Origin: Octopus sinensis
Taxonomy: Eukaryota
Direction of reading: 5' to 3'
DNA length: 64,000 nt
Assembly: GCF_006345805.1 (NCBI RefSeq)
Contig: NC_043010.1
Location: forward strand, 15,066,001 to 15,130,000
In this document: piece after piece, positions 51,235 to 64,000 of the stretch
Numbering within the stretch: the stretch's first letter is position 1
How the letters are laid out: every line of letters begins with the position of its first letter
Translations under genes and position numbers: made by a program
The notes under the pieces: generated by a model
Databases searched by the model: none
What the model was told of the DNA's origin: nothing
Seen by the model: the letters and a program-made list of their open reading frames with translations, nothing else

Positions 51235-51328
51235 ACACTGCTAATATAAGGATCAGATTTAATAGAAATATTTTATCAGTGGCCAACATTTGAGAAATAC
51301 CTTTTAAGGTGAAAATTAGAAATAAAAT

Positions 51329-51525
51329 TATAAATAAGGGCAAAAAGAAAAACAGTTATTTGCCAATATGCTGAGAAATAGACGCTAAATCGTCTGGGCA
51401 CATAAAATACTGTCTAACGACATAAAATATCGCCTACCACATAAAATATTTTATGTGCTTAGACGAATTAGCGTCTATTTTTCAGCATATTGGCAAGAAA
51501 TATTTTTCTTTTGCCCTTATTTATA
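51329..51525. mobile_element. Foldback/MITE-like hairpin element
   Basis: TATAAATAAGGGCAAAA...TTTTGCCCTTATTTATA with ~75-bp imperfect inverted arms; a related half copy lies at ~3490-3620. Confidence 0.6.
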
Positions 51526-51541
51526 GTTGTATATATATATT

Positions 51542-51573
<32 letters not shown>

Positions 51574-52135
51574 AGGTGATGGTTTGTTGCCAACTTCATG
51601 TGGCAGTCCCAGTAAAGAGAAGAATGGTCCTGCTATTGAGCCCCAAGAAACACCGTTTTCAGTTCGCTATGTGACACAAGCATAGTCTGTACTTATATTT
51701 TCAAACAGGGAGGATAATATATATATATATATATATTTTGTGAAATAGTATGTATTTTGTGAATTTTGTGAATATATACATTTTGTGAATTTTGTGAATA
51801 TATACATATTTCTTAACATGTTCTTATTACCAAAGAATGTATATGTATATTGTAATATTTTGTCACAACCAGTGCCTAGCACAACCAAGCTTTTGTGCAC
51901 AATATTTTAATGAACTTGTTAAACTTTATTATTTTTTCCCAAGATTTCCCCTTGTAAACTGTTCTTAACATGTTTTTATTATCAAAGAATGTATATATAT
52001 ATATTGTAATATTTTGTGACAACCAGTACCTAACACAACTAAGCTTTTATATGTTACTTTTGACAATATTTTTCTAAAAAAAGTGAAACCGGTCAAGTAA
52101 ATAAACATCTTTTAACATTGCATTTTCAAACCTTC

Positions 52136-52172
<37 letters not shown>

Positions 52173-52179
52173 TATATAA

Positions 52180-52830
52180 GGCACAGACGTGGCTGTGTGG
52201 TAAGAAGATTGCTTTCTTACCAGACACCCACGTAAGAGGTCTATTGCCTATTTAATGTATTATTATGTAAAAGGTTTGTTACCTCAAAATATTTTATAAT
52301 AGAACAATGTGCTCGGGTATACAGCAATCGGCGGGCGTTGCTATTGTCCTCATTATTATCATATCGTTAATTATTCCATCTCATTATGTCCCTGTCCAGC
52401 CCGCAGCCTCCTTTCTTTGTAAGGCCCTTGTGGCCAATTAAATGAATAAAAGAAGCTTGCTTTCCCAACGACATGGTTCCGGGTTCAGTCCCACTGTGTG
52501 GTAATTCGGGCAAGTATTTTCTACAATATCCTTGGGCTGACCAAATCCTTCTCAGTGGGTTTGGACGAAAGAAACTTCAAGAAGCTCGTCGAATATATCT
52601 ATTTATATATCTATGTATCTGTCTTTGTGTCTGTAGTTGCCACCCCACGACACCGCTTGACAAAGGGTGTTTGTGTGTTTGCGTCGCGTAACTTAGCGGT
52701 TTGGCAAAAGAGAGCAATACAATAAGTACCAGGCTCAAGAAACAAGTACTGGCGTCGATGAATTCGACTAAAACTATAAGGCGGTGCCCCAGCATGGCTG
52801 CAGTCTAATGACACAATGAAAAACAAAGCG
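52180..52830 (+). mobile_element. SINE family B interrupted by a 234-bp insertion
   Basis: Head split at AGAAG.TTGCTTTC direct repeat (52203-52216, 52451-52464). Confidence 0.8.
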
Positions 52831-52834
52831 TATC

Positions 52835-52905
<71 letters not shown>

Positions 52906-53315
52906 ATATATATATGTATATGTATGTATATGTATGTATATATATTCACACACACACAACTATATATATATATATATATATATACGTGTGTGTGGTGTTA
53001 TGCATATTAATATATGTGTGTGTATGTGTATATCTCTGTGCGTACGACTGTTGTTTGCAAGTCAGTCTTCACAGATTAATTTACTCATCACTGTTTCCTT
53101 CTCTCTCTCCCCCCTATCTCTCTCTCTCTCTCTTCCTCTACCTCTACCTCTCTCCTTCTCCATCATCATTTTTTAATGAAGTTAATCTCTTCCGTTGTCT
53201 CTAATCTATTTATTGAAAAATATTTTCCTTTCAAAGCAGCAGACCAATTAGCTAACTCAACTTCGATGCCCTGCTCACCCTCCTTTCACCCCCCTATATA
53301 TATGTATAAATATAT

Positions 53316-53365
<50 letters not shown>

Positions 53366-53378
53366 TATATATATATAA

Positions 53379-53434
<56 letters not shown>

Positions 53435-53443
53435 TATATATAT

Positions 53444-53487
<44 letters not shown>

Positions 53488-53769
53488 TGTGTGTTTGTGA
53501 GTAAATTTCTGTTTTATCATCATCATCGCCGTCATCATAATCGTCATCGTCATCACCATCGCCATCATGTGCTGTCATAGTTATTGTTATTGTTGCCGCA
53601 AGCGTTTGCCAGTTGCCAGTTCCATTGTTGCTTTGTTGTTGTTATTGTTGTTGTTTCTCTTGTTGTTTATTCTTTTCCGTTTGAGCAAATATTTTTTGTT
53701 GGTAATCGAAAAAGAAAAAAGGTGAGCGTATGCCTGCAATCCCTGCATATACGTGCGCGCGCATGTATA

Positions 53770-53795
53770 CACACACACAGATATTATGTATATAT

Positions 53796-53826
<31 letters not shown>

Positions 53827-53843
53827 TATATATAATACATACA

Positions 53844-53904
<61 letters not shown>

Positions 53905-53940
53905 CATACATATATTATATATATACACATACATACATAT

Positions 53941-54009
<69 letters not shown>

Positions 54010-54062
54010 CATACATCATATATATATACACATACATACATATATACATACATACAATATAT

Positions 54063-54145
<83 letters not shown>

Positions 54146-54178
54146 CATATATATATACATACATACATATATATATAC

Positions 54179-54226
<48 letters not shown>

Positions 54227-54315
54227 TTTATATATATATATGTATGTATGTATAATATATATATATGTATATTTATGCATACATAAATATATGTATATAT
54301 ATATATATATATAAT

Positions 54316-54350
<35 letters not shown>
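53770..54350 (+). repeat. (TA)n/(TACA)n compound microsatellite
   Basis: Direct inspection. Confidence 0.95.
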
Positions 54351-54352
<2 letters not shown>

Positions 54353-54635
54353 TATTAGTATGTATATAACGTGTGTGTGTTAATAAAATAACGATGTGTA
54401 TATAAGAAGAAATATTAATATAGATATAAAGCGAAAAACAACACTACCTGCAAAGAATAACCCACCACCACCGCCACCACCTTGCAACAAGTACAATAGC
54501 AATAACAACAAAGATAATAATAATTACAGATTAAATAGAAATCTAAACGAAAAACAAATATCAGCCATAATAAAGTACATGAATGTTTTAAATTGAAAGA
54601 GAGTTATTGGAAAAACAATTTAATTCGATCAAACT

Positions 54636-55091
54636 GCTGTTGAAAACTATTGCAGACCCATTTATATACACGCGTACACACACACTCACACACATATATA
54701 CACGCGCGCGAACACACATGCACACACTTGGTTGTGCGTGAGTTCACATACATACATAACTACATACATACATATTTATCTCTATATATATATGTATATA
54801 TATATATGTATATATATATATGTGTGTCTGTGTGTGTTTGTGTGTGGATATACATGTACGGGATATTTATGTATACACATGTCCATCTGTGTGTATAACG
54901 TGTGTGTGTATATAACGATTACATGTAAATATATATGCTGTTGAAAACTATTGCAGACCCATTTATATACACGCACACACACTCACACATATATATATAC
55001 GCGCGCGAACATACATACACACACATGGTTGTGCGTGAGTTCACATACATACATAACTACATACATACATATTTATGTATATATATATGTG

Positions 55092-55147
<56 letters not shown>

Positions 55148-55235
55148 TGTGTGGATATGCATGTACGGGATATTTATGTATACACATGTCCATCTGTGTG
55201 TATAACGTGTGTGTGTGTATATAATGATTATATGT
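54636..55235 (+). repeat. Tandem duplication, ~301-bp unit x2
   Basis: GCTGTTGAAAACTATTGCAGACCCATTTATATACACG at 54636 and 54937. Confidence 0.9.
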
Positions 55236-55417
55236 AAATTAGGTAAGCTGGTGTATTTAATGTCATTGTTTCACATCTGTTTTCACGGAGGATTTTTCAC
55301 GAGACGCTTCTTGGTTGATACAGTAAAAGAGCGGAGAAACGGAAGAGAGGAATCGTGTTCGATTCTGGCTGGAGATCTGTCTGGTTATGTTTATAATCTG
55401 AAATATACTTTATATTA

Positions 55418-55525
55418 ACCAGTGGTTCTCACCTAGGGTTCAAATGACCCCTGAGGGACCATATAATATTCTTGGGTGTCCATATATTCAATATAGTAAA
55501 ATGTGAGTCCACAGCATTATTTCAA
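55418..55525 (+). mobile_element. hAT/Charlie-like MITE end
   Basis: CAGTGGTTCTCA.CC terminal motif; a complementary-type end GGTTGAGAACCCCTG occurs at ~59335-59349. Confidence 0.35.
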
Positions 55526-55529
55526 TTAC

Positions 55530-55922
55530 CTTTTTACTCTTTTACTTGTTTCAGTCATTTGACTGTGGCCATGCTGGAGCACCGCCTTTAGTCGAGCAAA
55601 TCGACCCCAGGACTTATTATTTGTAAGCCTATTACTTATTCCATCGGTCGCTTTTTGCCGAACCGCTAAGTTACAGGAACGTAAACACACCAGCATCGGT
55701 TGTCAAGCGATGTTCGGAGGACAAACACAGACACACAAACACACACACACATATACACATACACGACAGGCTTCTTTCAGTTTCCGTCTACCAAATCCAC
55801 TCACAAGGCTTTGGTCATCCCGAGGCTATAGTACAAGACACTTGCCCAAGGTGCCACGCAGTGGGACTGAACCCGGAACCATGTGGTTGGTTAGCAAGCT
55901 ACTTACCACACAGCCACTGCGC
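55530..55922 (-). mobile_element. SINE family B
   Basis: Full-length consensus match. Confidence 0.92.
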
Positions 55923-56599
55923 CAATGTCAATGAAAAAAATTGTCAATGAAAAAAATTTGATTCAGATATATTTACAGCAAGCAAGAAACAGCTCAGCTT
56001 CTTTCTCTAACGTTTTATATAATTCAAACAACACAAGTAGATGCGTAAAAGACCAAATAGGAATTTTGAAAGAGGTATCTGTAAAACTCTGCGATGGACT
56101 GGCGTCCTGTCCAGCTGGGGGGAACACATACGCCACAGAAACCGGGAAACCGGGCCCATGAGCCTGGTTAGGCTTGAAAACGGCGCATAAACATAAATAA
56201 AATCTATAAAACTAATTTTAATACCTCGAATTGCTATAGGGGTCCACCAGAAAGAAATAGTAATGAAAGGGATCCGTAGAGAAAGCATAGAACTATTGAC
56301 GTTGACCGTACATCAATAACAACTGTTGATTCCCAACCGACTGACAACCTTTACAATGATTATAAAATGTCTAAATGCTTAAAATTACAAGGTGTAAAAT
56401 GTATTTTGTAATTGTTATTAGCGGCTTATTACCAAACCAACACCTTTGTGTTGACTTAGAGCTAATTCTCTAATTTTAAGCTAAGGCATGGATAAAGCAA
56501 GCTTTAACCCACAACCATAATGGTAATGAGGATGAAAATGGCACATAGGAGACAGGTTACAATATTACAATCGTATTTATTTGATTATCAAACAAAGAA

Positions 56600-57175
56600 G
56601 GCGGCGAGCTGGCAGAAACGCAAGCACGCCGGGCGAAATGCTTTACGGTATTTCGTCTGCCGCTACGTTGAAATGCCGTCGAGGTCCACTTTGCCTTTCA
56701 TCCTTTCGGGGTCGATAAATTAAGTACCAGTTACTGGGGTCGATATAATCGACTTAATCCGTTCGTCTGTCCTTGTTTGTACCTTCTGTGTTTAGCCCCT
56801 TGTGGGTAATAAAGAAATAGGTATTTCGTCTGCTGTTACGTTCTGAGTTTAAATTCCGCCGAGGTCGACTTTGCCTTTCATCGTCTCGGGGTTGATAAAA
56901 TAAGTACCAGTTGCGTACTGGGGTCGATATAATCGACTTAGTCCGTTTGTCTGTCCTTGTTTATCCCCTCTATGTTTAGCCCCTTGTGGGCAATAAAGAA
57001 ATAAGAAACGTTAGCAGGCCGGGCGAAATGCTTAGCGGTATTTCGTCTGTCTTAACGCTCTGAGTTTGTCTTTCATCCTTTCGGTGTTCAATAAATTAAG
57101 TACCAGTTGCGTACTGAGGTCGATCTAATTGACTGGCCCCCTCCTCCGAAAATTTCGGGCCTTGTGCCTAGATTT
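56600..57175 (+). mobile_element. SINE family C trimer
   Basis: Three bodies in tandem. Confidence 0.88.
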
Positions 57176-57514
57176 GAAAAGATTATTTGCAAACGAAGTT
57201 TACGCTTTTACTTGCTGTTAAAAGGGAGATATTATACAGATCAAAAGGGAGATAAACTCAAATATTCTGTTTTTACATTTCTTGAGTCCTAGGGCTCATA
57301 ATTCCGCTAACCAAAGTGCCATGGTGTATGAGTCACCGAGATCACAACATCCCCACCCCCCACCCTAGCGGGACGCCGTTCCGTTACAGGGTTCAACGAC
57401 AGCAGATTCGAGGGGTGAGAGCAAATCAATTACATCGATTACATAGTTGGTACGATATAATAATGATGTTGCGGTGTCTTTGAGGCAAAATATAGTAGTA
57501 TGAAAAAAATGTTT

Positions 57515-57705
57515 TGCTTTCGAAACGTAGAGTAGATGAAACCTTAGCGACTGAAGGAGGGGTTTTTTCGTTGTGTTAATTGTCCTGTACTCCATTTTTT
57601 GTTGTTTTTTGTTGTTTTTAAAAATTGTCCAGTTCTTTGGTTTGTGTCTATGTTTTCGTTTCTCTTGTGTTCGTTCGACGTCCCTTTGGTGTCCTGTACT
57701 CATAT
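57515..57705 (+). mobile_element. Dispersed repeat, PLE-terminal-like, begins at CGAAACGTA
   Basis: CGAAAC-GTA-GAGTAG resembles the 3' half of a minimal HHR; homologous to 37895-38072. Confidence 0.5.
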
Positions 57706-57977
57706 ATGCGTGTATATGTACATGTAGAGGTAGGTACGTACTATATGTTTATATATATGCATATGCTTTATTTCATTTATTAATATATATATATATATAT
57801 TATATAATAAATTCAGGGTGAATACTTGATGACCCGGCAACGACGGGTCATAGTGCTAGTGCATGTATATATGTGTATATATATGTGTACATAATACATG
57901 TACATCTATATATATACATCTACACATACAATACAAAATACAAAGTTATATCTTGATATTGCTAGTGATAACAATAC

Positions 57978-58625
57978 TCAAAATATATAACAGACTGGAA
58001 TTGTAGGCCCGTCTCTTGCAATTTCGATCAATTGTATCTTATCCTCCCTCTTGTATAGAAGAGTGGCTACAATCCAGCCTACCTCTACTTCTTGGGGGAC
58101 ATTTAAAATTTTTATCCGGGATGTCCTACGTCCCAGATATAAAGGTAAAAATAAAATATTTCCACTTTGCAAGGTTCGAGTCGAGTACTCCCTTGCACGC
58201 TCCGTTGACTCGAACCTTGCTTCTATTGTGGCGAATTTACCGCCTCTAGTTAGATATCTTTCATAGTCGCACCAAGACACTTTTCGGTGGTGCTTTCCTC
58301 CAGGTGTTCAAATCTTTTTTTTTTCTCTATATTGTAAATTTTATAGACAATAGTCTTTTCTTTAATTTAATTTTTTATTTCGTTTGGTGGTGTTATCCTA
58401 GATTCACCGTCTTTGTCGGTGATCAATCCGTATTTCTTCCATTTTAATTTCAATGAGTTCGCGCCCACCGACGGCTGCAGCGAAATTCATTTTTGGACTT
58501 TCTTCTATCGAAGGCACTCTAACAAAAATGTAAAAGCACAGTTCCATCTGGACTATTCCATTTCTGCACGCTAATTTTATTTTCAATTTATTCCCATTCA
58601 TGTGAAACCACTTATTCAAGTTCAA
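57978..58625 (-). pseudogene. Degraded LINE ORF1-like fragment
   Basis: LPLYLGRRTSRIKILNVPQEVEVGWIVAT aligns by eye to LPTYCGKRVARVRIGRV..EIKEAWMMAA at 35.1 kb. Confidence 0.45.
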
Positions 58626-59014
58626 ATCATTGATGCAATTTTATAACAATTGCTATTTTTACTTTTGTTATGTTACGATTATATTATACTTTAGTTTGAT
58701 TTTAATTATTACTTACTACATATAATTCAATTGTTATTATTATTTTTATTGTTAAAGTGAAAGCATCTGAAATAAAATAGAAAAATGTTTTTGTTTCACT
58801 TTTAACACGTAATACTGAAATAGTGGAGAAGATATGATATTGCTATGGGCTCGCTCTAGGCAAGAAGTTGAACATTTTTTTGCCCATGAAACTACATGGA
58901 CCCTAAGTAAGGCATGTGTAAAATTTGAATGAAATTAGTTGTGTAGTTCTCAAGTTTTGGGGAAACACACAGACAGACAGACAGATGCCATTCTCAGTTT
59001 TATATATATATAAT

Positions 59015-59051
<37 letters not shown>

Positions 59052-59494
59052 TGGTATTTATTGCAAGAAACAGTTAGGTTTCTTTCTCCAACATTTTACA
59101 TAGTTCAACTACACAAGTGAATGTGTGAAAAAAAAAAAAAAATTTTGGAAGATGTTTCTATAAAACTAGTTTTTCTCTAACATTCTACTTACTTCAACCT
59201 ACATAATTTAAAGTGTGAAAAACAAAATAGTAATTTCGAAAGAAGTTTCCATGAAACTACTTTTTAAGCATCGAATAGCTATGGGAGTTCACCAGAATCA
59301 ATAGTAATCAAAGGGGTCCATAGATAAAAAAAATGGTTGAGAACCCCTGTACTCGAGAAACCTGAAAAATAGAAAAAAAGTGAAATATAAAATTATTTGA
59401 TTTAAAAAAAAATTGAACGCTTCAAACTCTGCATAAAAAAAAAACAGTGTTATGATAGCATTACTATTAGAAAAAAATTATAAGTGGAAAAGAA

Positions 59495-59690
59495 CTTGCC
59501 GAATCGTTAACTGCTAAGCATTGTGTCCGTGTTTACGTTTTGAGTCCAACTTGCGCCGTGGTCGACTTTGCCTTTCGTCCTTTCGTGATCGATAAAATAA
59601 GTACCAGCCGAACTCTGAGGGCGATGTAATCGACCAGTCCCTTCCCCCCGAAATTGTTAGCCTTGTGCCTAATAAATGAATGAAAGGAAT
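59495..59690 (+). mobile_element. SINE family C, diverged
   Basis: Central domain match. Confidence 0.7.
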
Positions 59691-59830
59691 AAAGGATATG
59701 TGTGTGTATATGCGTCACATTTAAACTAAACACTGTCGTTCGTTCACTGACTCGTGATACACACACACACATATATATATATAATATACATACATACATA
59801 CAAACATATATATATATATATATATATGTA

Positions 59831-60213
59831 TAGGAGTGGCTGTGTGATAAGTAGCTTCCTTACGAACCACATGGTTCCGGGTTCAGTCCCACTGCGCGGC
59901 ACCTTGGGCAAGTGTCTTCTACTACAACCTCGGGCCCGACCAAAGGCTTCTGAGTGGATTTGGTAGACTGTAACTGAAAGAAGTCCGTCGTATATGTATA
60001 TATATGTCCGCGTGTGTGTATATGTGTGTGTGTCTGTGTCTGTCCCCCCAACATCGCAAGACAACCGATGCTGGTGTTTTTACGTCCCCGTAACTTAGCG
60101 GTTCAGCAAACGAGACCGATAGAATAAGTACTAGGCTTACAAAGAATAAGTCCTGGGTCGATTTGTCCAGCATGGCCACAGTCAAAGGTAGTGAAACAGT
60201 ACAATAGTAAAGA

Positions 60214-60215
<2 letters not shown>
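59831..60215 (+). mobile_element. SINE family B
   Basis: Consensus match. Confidence 0.88.
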
Positions 60216-60267
<52 letters not shown>

Positions 60268-60432
60268 TAAATAATGGTACAACGAAGCCCGATATTTACT
60301 TTTATGTAGTTCGCTATTTTCCAGTAAATATCGGTACTTCGTTGTACCATTTATTTACTTTTATGTATAATTTTACCCTCACGGGCTATCCTTTACTGGA
60401 AAGCAATACTCTCGTATTGCATTACTATTTTC

Positions 60433-60487
<55 letters not shown>

Positions 60488-60537
60488 TGTATATGTATAT
60501 TTATATATATATCATTGTATATATATACATGTATATA

Positions 60538-60589
<52 letters not shown>

Positions 60590-60728
60590 CATGTGTAATA
60601 TATATACATGTATATATATATATATATATGTATATATATACACATGTATATATACATGTATATATATACATAATATATATGTATATATATCATGTGTATA
60701 TATATATGTATATATGTATATATATATC

Positions 60729-60776
<48 letters not shown>

Positions 60777-60780
60777 TGTA

Positions 60781-60815
<35 letters not shown>

Positions 60816-61160
60816 TGTGTGTTTGTTTGCGTGAAATATAATTCTTCGCCTGTCCTGTCGACAGCAATAACTCTTCATTTATGTCTTTAACCCAGCAAAC
60901 CTGACTCTATTTATAATAAAAAAAAAAACCCTCACCGATTCTATATTTACAAATATCATTACTCGGAAGCAATAAACACATTTTTGACAATCATTGTCGA
61001 GAGCGGTTAGAATTCGGAATAAATAATAGATTTTCTTTACCAGCTATCTTATAATTAACTTTCTCTTCAATGTATTACGTTGTTTTTACATTTAGAATTT
61101 ATGATGCGTATATACTCACCCATACATGTAAACATATATGGATTATACATTGTTATATGT

Positions 61161-61452
61161 GGAGGCGCAATGGCCCACTGGTTAGGGCAGCGGACTCGCG
61201 GTCGTAGGATCGCGGTTTCGTTTCTTAGACCGGGCGTTGTGTGTGTTTATTGAGCGAAAACACCTAAAAAGTTCCACGAGGCTCCGGCAGGGGGGGGGTC
61301 CCTGTCGTACTCCATCACCACTCTTTCTCTCACTCTTTCTTCTGTTGGCCTGCTCGCTTAGCCAGCGGGGTGGCGTCATTCGAAGGCTAAAACAATGCGA
61401 ACGCATTGTGACCAGCGATGTGTAACATCTGGTCGGTCACGTGATCACGTGA
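61161..61452 (+). mobile_element. SINE family A
   Basis: Full head, core and (TCACGTGA)2 tail. Confidence 0.9.
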
Positions 61453-61644
61453 TCACACAGTTATATACCGGAGGGGTATGTAGTTATGTTTATACTATGT
61501 TTATACTGGCGCATATAAAAATTTATAGATTATAAAGAAATACCCATACCCAGTTATACGTATGTATGTGTATATAAAATGTCAATAAATATATGTGTAT
61601 TTAAACGTGAATACGCATATACATTACTGTTCATAAACAATGTG

Positions 61645-61860
61645 GAGGCGCATGGCTTCGTGATTACAGTGTTGCAATTATTATCATAAGATTAAGGGTT
61701 TCGATTCCGTGGTTGGGTGCTGTGTTGTGTTCATTAGCAAAACACTTCATTTCACATTGCTCTAGGCTACTCAGCTGGCAAATATTAGTAATCGCGGGAT
61801 GGAGCAGTGTCCAATCCAGGGGAAAATATATACATAAGAGAATCCAGAAAATGGACCTAC
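61645..61860 (+). mobile_element. Old tRNA-derived SINE (D-like)
   Basis: GGAGGCGCATGGCT head, TGTGTTCATTAGCAAAACACTT core. Confidence 0.55.
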
Positions 61861-62170
61861 TGAGCCATTGGCTCGGAGAGTACTTTTGATCTTGTTTGGT
61901 ACATTTACAATACAGAAATACTATTAAGTATGTATGTATGTATGTACATGTGTGTGTATGTATTAGCAAATTGTATTCTGAAAAGAGAAGCGCTTGTGCT
62001 TTGAGGGCTAATTGACTGCCATTTCTCAAAGATCCACTCAACATGCAGAAACTCATTCATCGGCCAATATTTTTCATATTTTGATAATATGCAAATTCTG
62101 TCTCTCTCTCTTTCTCTCTCCATATATATGTGTGTGTGAGTGTTTATGTGTACATGTATGTGTGTATATG

Positions 62171-62225
<55 letters not shown>

Positions 62226-62419
62226 ATATATATATATGTATTATATATATATATATGTATGTATATATATATATATTATATATATATATATATATATATT
62301 TATATGTATATATGTATATATATATGTATGTGTATATATATATATATATAATAATAGTAAATATAGTTATGTTCTATATATATATATATAAATATTTATA
62401 TATATAATTTATATATATG

Positions 62420-62600
62420 GGGGGGGAGAATTCACAAAAAAAAAAAAAAAAAGACGAAGACAGGTGGTATAGACAACAAACAGATGTATTAGTTTAGCGC
62501 CCGGGAAGTGAAAAAGTCTTTAACGTTTCGAGACTATGTTTTTCCACAGGATGAAACACAGAAACAAGGAGATAATTTATAGAATGTGTAGTGGTTAGCG
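62420..62600 (-). mobile_element. PLE-like terminal remnant (family of 4435-4600)
   Basis: High similarity to 4435-4600, including GTCTTTAACGTTTCGAG. Confidence 0.45.
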
Positions 62601-63105
62601 ATGTATGTATATATGGCTGTGGAAAAAAAGCTTTAATACCTTTGTTCATTGAAATGATACTAGTCTAGATACATTAGTCGAAGTTAGTGCCAACGAAACA
62701 CAGGTACTATGAACACGACGTGTAGAAATACCAAAAATTCATGGAGTCTTCAACGTTTTCAAATTATGTAGTTCTGTCGATTTATTATTCTGGCAAATCA
62801 TAGAATTTATATGCTGGCAAGTTAGAAGATATAATGAAAGGGTCTGTATAATATTTTAAGATGTTTCACAAAAGGTAGGTATACAGTAAAAAAAAAAAAA
62901 TGTATGGTAATTTATAATTTAGGAGATTTTGAAATTCATTCCGCAACTTAGTAATTGTAGGGAGACAAAACAAATATGGCATTGAGACATCGGGAAAAAA
63001 TTTACAACGACAGCGGAGGGAAAATATATCTTATCTAGCGTTAACCATCATTCACTGACGTAGTTTTGGAACGTTAATTGTAATTTATGCTTATGATTTA
63101 TAGTA

Positions 63106-63470
63106 AACTAGCAGTATCGCCCGGCGTTGCTCAGGTTTGTAAGGGAAATAACTATAAAGCATTTTTAGAGAGTTATAGCCAAAAAATAGCAAAAAAATGG
63201 AAAAAAATGATGGTAATTTTTTTTTTTGTCCCCTAGACAGTTTATGGTTTTTGTTTCTGATTCTCGACCCCATGTCGAATTTATCGATTTTTTTCAGAAC
63301 TGGGAGAACTTTTCAAAATTTTCGCTGCGTTAGTTTTGAATTATGACATTGGGCTATGTGTGTGTCAAGTTTCATCAGAATCGGTTGAAAGCCGTGGTCA
63401 GGGTGAGGGTACAAGCAAACAGACACACAGAAACACGCACAGACAAACTGCCGTTTATATAGAGAGAGAT
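63106..63470 (+). mobile_element. HINE-like element, same 5' end as 39975, different 3' body
   Basis: First ~110 bp near-identical to the 39975 copy; ends ACAGACAAACTGCCGTTTATATAGAGAG. Confidence 0.6.
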
Positions 63471-63497
63471 TCTTTGTACTTGTTTTATAATTTTCCC

Positions 63498-63930
63498 GGA
63501 TCTTTTCGGTTTGAACGGCAGTTTTTTTTCTAGCGGTGTCATATGAAATTGTCACCCATAATTATGACCCTAGTATCGATCTATTGCATTTCAATCTGTT
63601 ATAGGGTTAGAGTTAGGGTTAGGGGTGGGGGGAAGGGTATCTTTTTTTCTTCACAAATGTAAATAAACCCAATCTGTTTCTTAAACGAGGGACATATGTG
63701 TGTCAGAATGGGACATATGTGTGCACAGAATGTTTTCATCTCAATAGACGTTGAAATTGCAGAAATTGAAGAAAAAAACAACAAATATCTTACAAACTAT
63801 AGAATTTTCTCAATAAAGCCAAGAGAAAAAGATGTTTTATAAACACATTCTACCAGTATACGAAGTTTAAAAGTATTTAATTACGTGGAAATTACTTTTA
63901 AAAAAACTGCCGTTCAAACCGAAAAGATCC
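63498..63930 (+). mobile_element. Second copy of the GGATC-TIR MITE
   Basis: Same TIRs and body; TSD ATTTTCCC at 63490-63497 and 63931-63938. Confidence 0.9.
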
Positions 63931-64000
63931 ATTTTCCCTATTAGGTAATACAATTTTCAGAGCTTCGCGTAAACTGGCTTGAGAGGCTCGACCGTTAACT

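Overview
AT-rich, microsatellite-saturated eukaryotic DNA. The SINE families and repeat style suggest an octopus (cephalopod) genome; this is inference. It is mostly intronic or intergenic: about 45 copies of four tRNA-derived SINE families, remnants of LINEs (Tx1/L1, RTE, R4-like, HERO-like), Penelope-like elements (PLE), Tc1/mariner relics, MITEs and very long simple repeats. No intact host gene could be recognised; there are only weak candidate exons near 21.1-21.3 kb. The standout is a 2.7-kb array at 22884-25572 of ~362-bp units. Each full unit carries a minimal type I hammerhead ribozyme (HHR) with a covariant U3-A8 core (UUGAAAA instead of CUGANGA) and a palindromic helix III. The array is two head-to-head blocks inside a (TA)n tract, matching a non-LTR retrozyme or PLE pseudo-LTR array that may yield ~362-nt (circular) RNAs. 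A second HHR family (long stem II, U4C) forms an inverted repeat at 3661-4272. A third 338-bp tandem/inverted array lies at 11505-12182, and a PLE GIY-YIG endonuclease fragment lies at 48121-48510.
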